From: Acidothermus cellulolyticus 11B
GTDB lineage: Bacteria; Actinomycetota; Actinomycetes; Acidothermales; Acidothermaceae
Direction: 5' to 3'
Assembly (NCBI RefSeq): GCF_000015025.1
Contig: NC_008578.1
Span: 1,470,001 to 1,502,000 of the forward strand
Length of the DNA stretch: 32,000 nucleotides
This document shows, in pieces, positions 16,703 to 24,389 of this stretch. The translations under genes were made by a program, and so were the position numbers. Numbering within the stretch: the stretch's first letter is position 1; the number at the start of each line of letters is the position of its first letter. The notes below the pieces were generated by a model, which saw only the letters and a list, made by a program, of their open reading frames with translations, searched no databases and was not told where the DNA came from.

Positions 16703-18024
16703 TCGTTCCTCTCCTTCTCCTCGAGGACGCCGACCAGCCGCGGCCACCGGTCATCCTCCGGGGGTTGCCAACTGCCGGCATCCGCGGCGTATTGGTCGCC
16801 GCTGCGAATGTCCTTCACACTGTCCGGCGCGCCGGGGAACCAGACGAACGGGATCCCGCGCCGGCTGGCGTACTGGATCTGCTTACCGTACTTGGCCGCG
16901 GACGGCGAAACGTCCGCCGGAATCCCCCGGGACCTGAGCTGCCGGGCGATCCGGTCCGCTTCAGGGCGCCGCTCCTCGGACGGGACGGCGACCAGCACGC
17001 AGGTCGGAACCGACCGGCTCGCAGTCACCTGGGTGAGCATCCGGGCGAGCAGCCGCGACACCCCGATCGACATGCCGACCCCCGGGTAGCGGGTGGTCCC
17101 CTCGGCGGCGAGGTTGTCGTACCGGCCGCCGGAGCTGATCGAGCCGAGGTCTTCGTGTCCGGCGAGCGCCGTCTCGTACACAGTGCCGGTGTAGTAGTCC
17201 AGGCCTCGGGCGATCCGCAGGTCGACTTCGACCAGGCCGGGCCAGACGGCTTCGACACCGTCGACGACCCGGGCGAGTTCCGCCAGCCCGTCGTCGATGA
17301 GCTCCCCGGTCAGGCCGAGTTTCCGTACCCGCTCCGCGACGTCCCGCCCGCGAATCTCCGCGAGCGCCAGGCAGGTGCGGGCGGCGGCGGCGGACAATCC
17401 GCTGTGCGCGACAAGTTCCCGCTCCACCGCGTCCGGGCCGATTTTGCCGAGTTTGTCGACGATCCGCAGCACTGTCGGGACGTCGCGGGCGCCCAATGCC
17501 CGATAGCACCCTTCGGCGAGTTTGCGGTTGTTCACCTGGATGCGCACCGGCGGGATCGGCAGCGCGGCCAGTGCCTCGGCAATGACGAGGGGCAATTCAA
17601 TCTCGTAATGCGCGGCGAGGTCACCGCGGTCGACAATGTCGATGTCCGCTTGGGTGAATTCCCGGAAGCGTCCTTCCTGCGGCCGCTCGCCGCGCCACAC
17701 CTTCTGGATCTGGTAGCGGCGGAACGGGAATGTCAGCCGTCCCGCGTTCTCCACGACGTACCGGGCGAACGGCACGGTGAGGTCGAAGTGCAGTCCGAGC
17801 CCGGTACCGGCGTCGTCATCGTCGGCATGCAGCCGGCGGAGCACGTAAATTTCTTTCTCAACGTCGCCGCCGCGGAGCAGCCGATCGAGCGGTTCGACGG
17901 CCCGGGTGTGCAGCGGGGTGAAGCCGTGCAGCTCGAAGACCCGCCGGATCCGCTCGATGACAAGCTGTTCGGCGATCTGTTCGGCCGGCAGCCACTCCGG
18001 AAACCCGGAGAGTGACGTAATCAC
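16699..18024 (-). CDS. hisS: Histidine--tRNA ligase
   Basis: GFPEWLP, class II motif 2 ([27 protein letters not shown]), GGRYDNL, and C-terminal anticodon-binding domain. The GTG start at 18024 overlaps the MBL hydrolase stop (GTGA). Confidence 0.95.
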   Translation of the reverse strand: MITSLSGFPEWLPAEQIAEQLVIERIRRVFELHGFTPLHTRAVEPLDRLLRGGDVEKEIYVLRRLHADDDDAGTGLGLHFDLTVPFARYVVENAGRLTFPFRRYQIQKVWRGERPQEGRFREFTQADIDIVDRGDLAAHYEIELPLVIAEALAALPIPPVRIQVNNRKLAEGCYRALGARDVPTVLRIVDKLGKIGPDAVERELVAHSGLSAAAARTCLALAEIRGRDVAERVRKLGLTGELIDDGLAELARVVDGVEAVWPGLVEVDLRIARGLDYYTGTVYETALAGHEDLGSISSGGRYDNLAAEGTTRYPGVGMSIGVSRLLARMLTQVTASRSVPTCVLVAVPSEERRPEADRIARQLRSRGIPADVSPSAAKYGKQIQYASRRGIPFVWFPGAPDSVKDIRSGDQYAADAGSWQPPEDDRWPRLVGVLEEKERNE

Positions 18025-18806
18025 TGTGGCTCCCGGGCTGCTCGAAGGCCGGCAGGCCGGGCCAGGCCGCGCAGGAAGGGATTCGCCGCCCGCTCCCGGC
18101 CAAGGGTGGTCCGCGGGCCGTGACCAGGCAGGACGACGGTCTCATCCGGCAGGTCGGCCGCGGCAGCGATCCGGGTCAGGCTGGCGCTCATCGCCGCCGG
18201 ATCGCCGCCGGGCAGGTCGGTTCGGCCGATCGAGCCGGCGAAGAGCAGATCCCCGGAGAAGAGCAGATCCCCGGAGAGGAGCCGATCAGCGGAAGGGTGC
18301 CGATCCCCGGCGAGGTGCAGATCCCCGGTAGCCGTTGCCGGCAGGTAGAAGACCACCGAACCCTCGGTGTGCCCGGGCGTGTGCAGGACGCGAATCCGCA
18401 ATCCTGCAACGTCCAGCCACTCCCCGTCCGCCAGCGGCCGCACGTCGTCCGGTTCGTCGAGACGCACCCCGAGCAGGCCGAGGGAGCCGAGGACCTCCGG
18501 CGGGAAGGTCGCCGCCGGATCCGCCAGCCGATACCGGTCGGCGGGGTGCAGGTACGCCGGGGTGCCATGCGCCGAGCAGAGCGGATACACCGACCACGTG
18601 TGATCGAGGTGACCGTGGGTGAGCAGGACGGCGACCGGGTGGAGGCGGTGGGTCGCCAAGGCCTCCGCTACGGCTGGTACGGCATCCTGCCCGGGGTCGA
18701 CGATGATGCAGTGCTCACCCGGTCCGGCGGCGAGGAGGTAGCAGTTGGTGGCGAAGACGCCGGCGGGAAATCCGACGACGAACACGGCCACCTCGTTCTC
18801 GCTCAC
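18021..18806 (-). CDS. MBL-fold metallo-hydrolase (glyoxalase II-like)
   Basis: THGHLDHTW metal motif, HTPGHTEGS, and GSIGRTDLPGGD. It holds the same position next to hisS as in other actinobacteria. It contains a 5-unit hexapeptide repeat. GTG start at 18806 has a weak RBS, so the start is uncertain. Confidence 0.85.
   Translation of the reverse strand: MSENEVAVFVVGFPAGVFATNCYLLAAGPGEHCIIVDPGQDAVPAVAEALATHRLHPVAVLLTHGHLDHTWSVYPLCSAHGTPAYLHPADRYRLADPAATFPPEVLGSLGLLGVRLDEPDDVRPLADGEWLDVAGLRIRVLHTPGHTEGSVVFYLPATATGDLHLAGDRHPSADRLLSGDLLFSGDLLFAGSIGRTDLPGGDPAAMSASLTRIAAAADLPDETVVLPGHGPRTTLGRERAANPFLRGLARPAGLRAAREPQ
18241..18330. repeat. Five tandem 18-bp units (two identical, three diverged), in frame inside the MBL hydrolase gene
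   Basis: The units are aagagcagatccccggag, aagagcagatccccggag, aggagccgatcagcggaa, gggtgccgatccccggcg and aggtgcagatccccggta. They encode TGDLHL-AGDRHP-SADRLL-SGDLLF-SGDLLF. Confidence 0.9.
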
Positions 18807-19045
18807 ACCACCGGGAGACGTCGCGGGCGTGACCGCGATTCGCCGTACCTGAAGAGTCGCTGAGGAATCGCGGCGCCCCGTGCAGGAAGCCTACAAGGAC
18901 GCCCTAGACTGTCGCCGCCTGCACGTGCCGGCTGCACGTACCCGACGACGGGAAGGCTTGGTAGGCGACGTCGAACCGGCCGGTCACCCGGCGGGCGCAC
19001 CCAGACAGCATCAGGTCAGATAGGCGCGTACCCGGAGGAGGTCCG

Positions 19046-19807
19046 GTGGCCGGCAAGGAACGGAGACGGGAGGCAGCGCGGCGGCGGTACGAGCGCCGCC
19101 AGGCGGCTCGGGCCGCGGCGCGGGCCCGGCGGCGTCGCTTGTTGACGGTCGGCTCGGCTGCCGGTGGCGTGGTCGTCGTCGTCGGAATCGTGCTCGCGAT
19201 CGTCTTGAGTGGCGGTAGCAGCAAGAAGCCGGCGGCGCTCTCGGCGGGAACGACCGCCTCCGGGTCGGCGTCGCCGTCCACCTCCGTTCCACCGCCGCCC
19301 ACCCACGCGCCCGGCTGCACCTTCAACCCGGCGACGGCGACACCGACGGCCGGTGCGTCGCCGAAACCTTCGGCCACCTGGACGCTGCCGCCGGGGGCCA
19401 GCGCTGAGTTGCGCACCGAACCGTCGATCACTATTCCGGCGGGCGCGGTTCCGATCACGCTGCAGAAGAAGGATTTGATCGTCGGAACCGGTGAGACCGT
19501 GCAGCCCAAAGACACTGTCACGGTCAACTACGTGGGCATCAACTACGTCGATTGTGCGGAATTCGATTCCTCGTGGTCCCGCGGCCAGCCGGCGACGTTC
19601 TCGCTGTCGAACCTGATTCCCGGCTTCCAGCAGGGCATGGAAGGTATGAAGGTCGGCGGCCGCCGCGAGATCATCATCCCGCCGAGTCTCGGCTACGGCA
19701 CCCAGGGGGCCGGCAGCGTCAAGCCGAACGAAGAGCTGGTCTTCGTGGTGGACTTGCTCGGGGTCACCCATCCAAGCCCGTCAGCGAGCGGGTCGGCCAC
19801 CCCCTAG
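19046..19807 (+). CDS. Membrane-anchored FKBP-type peptidyl-prolyl cis-trans isomerase
   Basis: Arg-rich N-terminus, TM GGVVVVVGIVLAIVL, P/S/T linker, and C-terminal FKBP domain (VTVNYVGINY...FDSSW, IPGFQQGMEGMKVGGRREIIIPP.LGYG, LVFVVDLLGV). The GTG start is preceded by GGAGGAGG (19034-19041). Confidence 0.85.
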   Translation: MAGKERRREAARRRYERRQAARAAARARRRRLLTVGSAAGGVVVVVGIVLAIVLSGGSSKKPAALSAGTTASGSASPSTSVPPPPTHAPGCTFNPATATPTAGASPKPSATWTLPPGASAELRTEPSITIPAGAVPITLQKKDLIVGTGETVQPKDTVTVNYVGINYVDCAEFDSSWSRGQPATFSLSNLIPGFQQGMEGMKVGGRREIIIPPSLGYGTQGAGSVKPNEELVFVVDLLGVTHPSPSASGSATP

Positions 19808-19838
19808 TCGCGGAGCGGTTTCCCGGACGCGGCCTCGA

Positions 19839-19853
19839 CGCGGCCCGGCCGCG
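19839..19853. terminator. GC palindrome in the convergent FKBP/relA gap, possible bidirectional terminator
   Basis: cgcggcccggccgcg is self-complementary. There is no U-tract, and the geometry is marginal. Confidence 0.25.
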
Positions 19854-19922
19854 GTCTGGGGGTCAAACCCCGGGGACTCAGCGCGTCGATGCTTCGGACG
19901 CCGTCCCGGACGCGGCCTGGGG

Positions 19923-22385
19923 TCAGGCCGGCTGGGGTGTCGACGCCCGGGTGTTGGCCACCCCGCCGGTAACCCGGTAGGCGTCGTAGACCCCGTCGAC
20001 CGCGCGGACCGCGCGGAGCACGTGCCCGAGGTGCGTCGGATCGGCCATCTCGAAGGTGAACCGGTTGATCGCTACCCGGTCCCGGGTGGTTGTCACCGAC
20101 GCCGCGAGGATGTTGACGTGCTGGTCGGAGAGCACCTGGGTGAGGTCGGCCAGCAACCGGCTGCGATCAAGCGCCTCCACCTGAATGACGACCAGGAAGA
20201 GCGATCCGGAGCTCGGTGACCATTCGACCTCGACCGCTCGGTCCGGTTCGTTGGCCAGCATGGCGACAAGGTTCACGCAATCGCTGCGGTGCACCGACAC
20301 GCCGTTGCCCCGGGTGACGAATCCGCGGATCGCGTCGCCGGGAACCGGGGTGCAACACCGGGCGAGTTTGACCCAGACGTCGCTCGCCCCCTTCACCACG
20401 ACGCCGGGATCTCCCGCCGGCCGGGCACGTCGTCCCCGCTGTCTACTCGGGGTGACCGCCTCGGCGAGGTCTTCGACCGCGCCTTCCTCGCCGCCCCGCG
20501 CCTGCAGCAACCGTTGGACGACGGCCTGTGCACTGAGGTGCCCCTCGCCGACCGCCGCGTACAACGCGGAAATGTCGGTGTAGTGCATGTCCCGGGCGAG
20601 GGTGCCGAGCGCGTCGTCGGAGAGGAGCCGCTGCAGGGGCAGCCCCTGCTTGCGCATCACCCGGGCGATCGCCTGTTTGCCTTCTTCGATCGCGTCTTCC
20701 CGGCGCTCTTTGGCGAACCATTGCCGGATTTTCGTCCGGGCGCGGGCGCTCTTCACGAAGGTGAGCCAGTCACGGCTCGGGCCGGCGCCGGGCGCCTTGG
20801 AGGTGAAAATCTCGACGACGTCACCGTTGTCAAGCACACTGTCGAGCGGTACGAGCCGGCCGTTCACCCGGGCGCCAATGCATCGGTGTCCGACCTCGGT
20901 GTGCACGGCGTACGCGAAGTCGACCGGCGTCGCCCCTTGCGGCAAGGCCAGGACGTCGCCCTTCGGCGTGAAGACGTAGACCTCATTGCCGCGGATGTCA
21001 AAACGCAGGGACTCGAGAAATTCCCCTGGATCCGCGGCTTCCTTCTGCCAGTCGAGAAGCTGCCGGAGCCAGGCCATGTCGTTCCCGGAGCCCTTGGTGG
21101 ACGAACCGGTGGCTTCTTCCTTGTATTTCCAGTGCGCGGCGATGCCGTACTCGGCGCGCCGGTGCATGGCATGCGTCCGGATCTGCACCTCGACGGGTTT
21201 GCCTTCCGGGCCGATGACCGTCGTGTGCAGCGATTGATAGAGGTTGAATTTCGGCATCGCGATGAAATCCTTGAACCGGCCGGGAACCGGATTCCACATC
21301 GCATGGATGATGCCGAGCGCGGCGTAGCAGTCGCGCACGGTGTCAACGAGAACGCGGACGCCGAGAAGGTCATAAATATCGGCGAAATCCCGGCCGCGCA
21401 CAATCATCTTCTGGTAAATGGAATAGTAGTGTTTCGGCCGGCCGGTCACGGTTGCTTTGATTTTCGCGGCGCGCAGCTGCGCGCTGACCTGCTCAATGAC
21501 GTTGGCCAGGTAGGTGTCGCGGCTCGGCGCCCGTTCCGCGACGAGCCGGGCGATTTCTTCGTACCGCTTGGGATACAGCGTGGCGAACGAGAGGTCCTCC
21601 AGCTCCCACTTGAGGGTGTTCATGCCCAGCCGGTGTGCGAGCGGTGCGTAGATTTCCAGTGTTTCCCGGGCTTTGCGCTCCTGCTTCTCCGGCGGGAGGT
21701 ACCGCAGCGTGCGCATGTTGTGCAACCGGTCGGCGAGCTTCAGCACGAGCACACGCGGGTCGCGGGCCATCGCGACCACCATTTTCCGGACAGTCTCCAC
21801 GGTCGCCGCGTCGCCGTATTTCACCCGGTCCAGCTTGGTCACCCCGTCGACGAGCGAGGCCACCTCATCGCCGAAGTCGCGGCGGAGTTGGTCGAGGGTG
21901 TAGGTGGTGTCCTCCACCGTGTCGTGCAGCAGAGCGGCGACGATGGTCGGCGGCGTCATGCCGAGCTCCGCGAGAATCGTCGCGACTGCGAGCGGATGGG
22001 TGATGTACGGGTCGCCGCTGCGGCGCAGTTGACCGCGGTGGTAGAACTCGGCGACCTCATAGGCGCGTTGGACGTCGCGGACATCCGCCTTGGGGTGGCT
22101 CGCGCGGATCGTGCGAATCAACGGCTCGAGGACGGGAATCGTGCCGCCGCGTTGCGCCGCGAGCCGGGCCAGCCGGCTCCGCACCCGTCGTCCGCCGGAC
22201 GGCGATGTGGCGGCGACGTCGTCCACCCGCTCGGCCGCATCGGAGGAGCCGCCCGGCGCCGGCGAGCCGCCCGGTGCTGGTGATCCAGCCAGCTCGTCGC
22301 GGTTCGGCGCGCTGTCAGGCGATTGATCGTAGTCGGAGCCGGCCAGCGCGCCGGCGGCCTCGTCTACGCTCGCTCGATGCTCCAC
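19923..22385 (-). CDS. relA: Bifunctional (p)ppGpp synthetase/hydrolase Rel (RelA/SpoT homologue)
   Basis: 820 aa. HD hydrolase domain ([31 protein letters not shown]), synthetase domain ([15 protein letters not shown]-like LYQSLHTTV), TGS ([21 protein letters not shown]) and C-terminal ACT-like domain. The N-terminal low-complexity lead makes the GTG start at 22385 uncertain. Confidence 0.95.
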   Translation of the reverse strand: MEHRASVDEAAGALAGSDYDQSPDSAPNRDELAGSPAPGGSPAPGGSSDAAERVDDVAATSPSGGRRVRSRLARLAAQRGGTIPVLEPLIRTIRASHPKADVRDVQRAYEVAEFYHRGQLRRSGDPYITHPLAVATILAELGMTPPTIVAALLHDTVEDTTYTLDQLRRDFGDEVASLVDGVTKLDRVKYGDAATVETVRKMVVAMARDPRVLVLKLADRLHNMRTLRYLPPEKQERKARETLEIYAPLAHRLGMNTLKWELEDLSFATLYPKRYEEIARLVAERAPSRDTYLANVIEQVSAQLRAAKIKATVTGRPKHYYSIYQKMIVRGRDFADIYDLLGVRVLVDTVRDCYAALGIIHAMWNPVPGRFKDFIAMPKFNLYQSLHTTVIGPEGKPVEVQIRTHAMHRRAEYGIAAHWKYKEEATGSSTKGSGNDMAWLRQLLDWQKEAADPGEFLESLRFDIRGNEVYVFTPKGDVLALPQGATPVDFAYAVHTEVGHRCIGARVNGRLVPLDSVLDNGDVVEIFTSKAPGAGPSRDWLTFVKSARARTKIRQWFAKERREDAIEEGKQAIARVMRKQGLPLQRLLSDDALGTLARDMHYTDISALYAAVGEGHLSAQAVVQRLLQARGGEEGAVEDLAEAVTPSRQRGRRARPAGDPGVVVKGASDVWVKLARCCTPVPGDAIRGFVTRGNGVSVHRSDCVNLVAMLANEPDRAVEVEWSPSSGSLFLVVIQVEALDRSRLLADLTQVLSDQHVNILAASVTTTRDRVAINRFTFEMADPTHLGHVLRAVRAVDGVYDAYRVTGGVANTRASTPQPA
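22246..22281. repeat. 18-bp tandem duplication (2 copies, differing only at three synonymous third-codon positions) in the relA 5' region
   Basis: gagccgcccggcgccggc / gagccgcccggtgctggt, encoding the duplicated hexapeptide in [14 protein letters not shown]. Confidence 0.8.
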
Positions 22386-22532
22386 CTGCCACCGCTCCTC
22401 ACCGACGGTGATTGCCAGTCTAGCCGCAGGGTCGCGGCGTCCCGGCTGATCCGATCGCCGGATGCGGGCCGGTCAGGTGCGGGCGCCCCGGATGAGGAAA
22501 CCCGGACCGGCGGGCGACGGGAGCACGCAACC

Positions 22533-23066
22533 TCAGACGCGCAGCAACGACCGCACCATGGACGCCGGCAGCCGAGAGCGGCCTCCCAGCGCGGAGAGCT
22601 CAATGAGGAAGGACAATCCGACCGCTTTCGCGCTGGCCTGGTCGATGAGCTCCAGCGCCGCCGCGGCGGTACCGCCGGTCGCCAGGACGTCGTCGACCAC
22701 CAACACCCGGTCGCCGGGCCGGAACGCGTCCACATGCACCTCGATGGTCGCCGTCCCGTACTCCAGGGCGTAGCTGGTCTCCAGCGTGCGGTACGGCAAT
22801 TTCCCTTTTTTGCGCATCGGCACGAACCCGGCGCCCAGGTGGTAGGCAACCGGCGCGGCGACGATGAAGCCCCGCGCCTCGATGCCGACCACCTTGTCCA
22901 CCGTGCCGTGCTGATAATCCCGCACCAGCGCGTCGACGACCGCGGCAAAAACGGCCGGCTCAGCAAGCAGCGGGGTGATGTCCTTGAAGACGATGCCGGG
23001 GCTCGGATAATCCGGGATGTCGCGGATGTGCGCCGCTACTAGTTCGCCGATGTCCGCGGGTGGCAT
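22533..23066 (-). CDS. apt: Adenine phosphoribosyltransferase
   Basis: IRDIPDYPSPGIVFKDITPLL, GIEARGF, and PRPP motif VLVVDDVLATGGTA. The internal ATG at 23066 is preceded by GGAGAGGGGGAGA. The track start at 23162 would overlap secF. Confidence 0.9.
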   Translation of the reverse strand: MPPADIGELVAAHIRDIPDYPSPGIVFKDITPLLAEPAVFAAVVDALVRDYQHGTVDKVVGIEARGFIVAAPVAYHLGAGFVPMRKKGKLPYRTLETSYALEYGTATIEVHVDAFRPGDRVLVVDDVLATGGTAAAALELIDQASAKAVGLSFLIELSALGGRSRLPASMVRSLLRV

Positions 23067-23115
23067 CGTCTCCCCCTCTCCGCCCTGGGCCGAGCGTCCC
23101 CTCGCCACACCGGGC

Positions 23116-24360
23116 TCAGCGTCGGCGTTTCTTGCTGGACGGACGCCCGCGCCGGCGCGCATTCGCCTGCTGGCGTCGAATCACCGCCCCGCTGGCGATC
23201 GGCTGCGCGGACGGCGTACCGTCGCCGTCGTCGCCGTCGTCGGCCGGAGCGTCGCGGCGGGACGCGTCACCCGGTGCCGGAGTTTGCCCATGTGCCGAGG
23301 GTGAACCGGCGGCCGGGTCGATCGCCGCCGTCACAGTACCTCCGCCGGCCGCGACAGCGACCGGCACGGTTGCCGGAACCTGTCCGCCGTACCGAGTGGC
23401 GACCCGCTTCGCCAACGCCCGAAATTGCGGCTCGCGTTCCTTCAGCAGGGTGAGGATCGGGGTGGCGACAAAAATTGAGGAGTAGGTTCCGGTGGCCAGG
23501 CCGACAAAGAGGGCGAGGGCGAGGTCTTTGAGGGAACCGGCGCCGAGCAGGCCCGCACCGACGAAAAGCAGCGAGGCGACCGGGAGCAGCGCGATGACCG
23601 AGGTGTTGATGGACCGGACGAGGGTCTGGTTCACGGCGAGGTTCGCCGCTTGGCTGTAGGTCATCCGGCTCCCGCCGGCGATCCCCCGGGTATTCTCCCG
23701 GACCTTGTCGAAAACAACGACGGTGTCATACAGCGAATATCCGAGAATGGTCAGCAGACCGATCACCGTCGCCGGGGTGACGTCGAAGCCGACCAGGGCG
23801 TAGATGCCCACAGTGATGATGAGGTCGTGCAGCAGCGCAATGATCGCGCTGATCGCCATCTTCCATTCAAAGAACAGCGTCAGGTAAAGGACGACCGCCA
23901 CCAGAAAGACGATCAGGCTCTCGACCGCCTTATTGGTGATTTGTTTGCCCCAACTCGCCCCGACGGTCGTCGTGGAAACCTCGTCGGCCGGAACACCGAG
24001 TTTCGTCGTGATGGCCTTGATAACAGCGTCGGACGCGGACTTGTCCAGGGCCTTGGTCTGCACCTGGAAGGTGGCGCCACCCACGCCGGGCCGGCTCAAA
24101 TGCTGGACGACGGGATCCGAGACACCTGCGCCGCTGACCACGTCAGCAACCTGGGATGTGGAGTATCCCTTGTCCGGGAAGGTGAATTCGGTACCACCTT
24201 TGAATTCCAGGCCGAGGTGCAACCCGCGGACGCCAAGACCGATCAGCCCGATGACGATGACGACGGCGGAGAGGGTGAACCAGCGGCGCCAGCGGCCGAC
24301 GAAGTCGAAGGAGATCTGCCCGGTGTACAGGCCATGGCCGATCGAACCCAGCTTGCTCAT
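23116..24360 (-). CDS. secF: Protein translocase subunit SecF
   Basis: MSKLGSIGHGLYTGQISFDFVGRWRRWF is a typical actinobacterial SecF N-terminus, followed by GLEFKGGTEF and 6 TM segments. The C-terminal tail is P/A/D-rich and basic. ATG at 24360 has GGAAAGG 7 nt upstream. An alternative GTG at 24393 overlaps the secD stop. Confidence 0.9.
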   Translation of the reverse strand: MSKLGSIGHGLYTGQISFDFVGRWRRWFTLSAVVIVIGLIGLGVRGLHLGLEFKGGTEFTFPDKGYSTSQVADVVSGAGVSDPVVQHLSRPGVGGATFQVQTKALDKSASDAVIKAITTKLGVPADEVSTTTVGASWGKQITNKAVESLIVFLVAVVLYLTLFFEWKMAISAIIALLHDLIITVGIYALVGFDVTPATVIGLLTILGYSLYDTVVVFDKVRENTRGIAGGSRMTYSQAANLAVNQTLVRSINTSVIALLPVASLLFVGAGLLGAGSLKDLALALFVGLATGTYSSIFVATPILTLLKEREPQFRALAKRVATRYGGQVPATVPVAVAAGGGTVTAAIDPAAGSPSAHGQTPAPGDASRRDAPADDGDDGDGTPSAQPIASGAVIRRQQANARRRGRPSSKKRRR

Positions 24361-24389
24361 CGACGTGCCTTTCCGCGAGACATGGCCGC

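Noticed and set aside
14585-17089. 834-aa plus-strand ORF antisense to rarA/aspS/hisS
   Set aside because: It spans three well-supported minus-strand genes and has no family signature and an Arg/Pro-rich composition, so it is a high-GC artefact. The same reasoning applies to 16765-18015.
20289-22283. 664-aa plus-strand ORF antisense to relA
   Set aside because: relA on the minus strand is complete with HD, synthetase, TGS and ACT regions. The antisense product has no recognisable domain.
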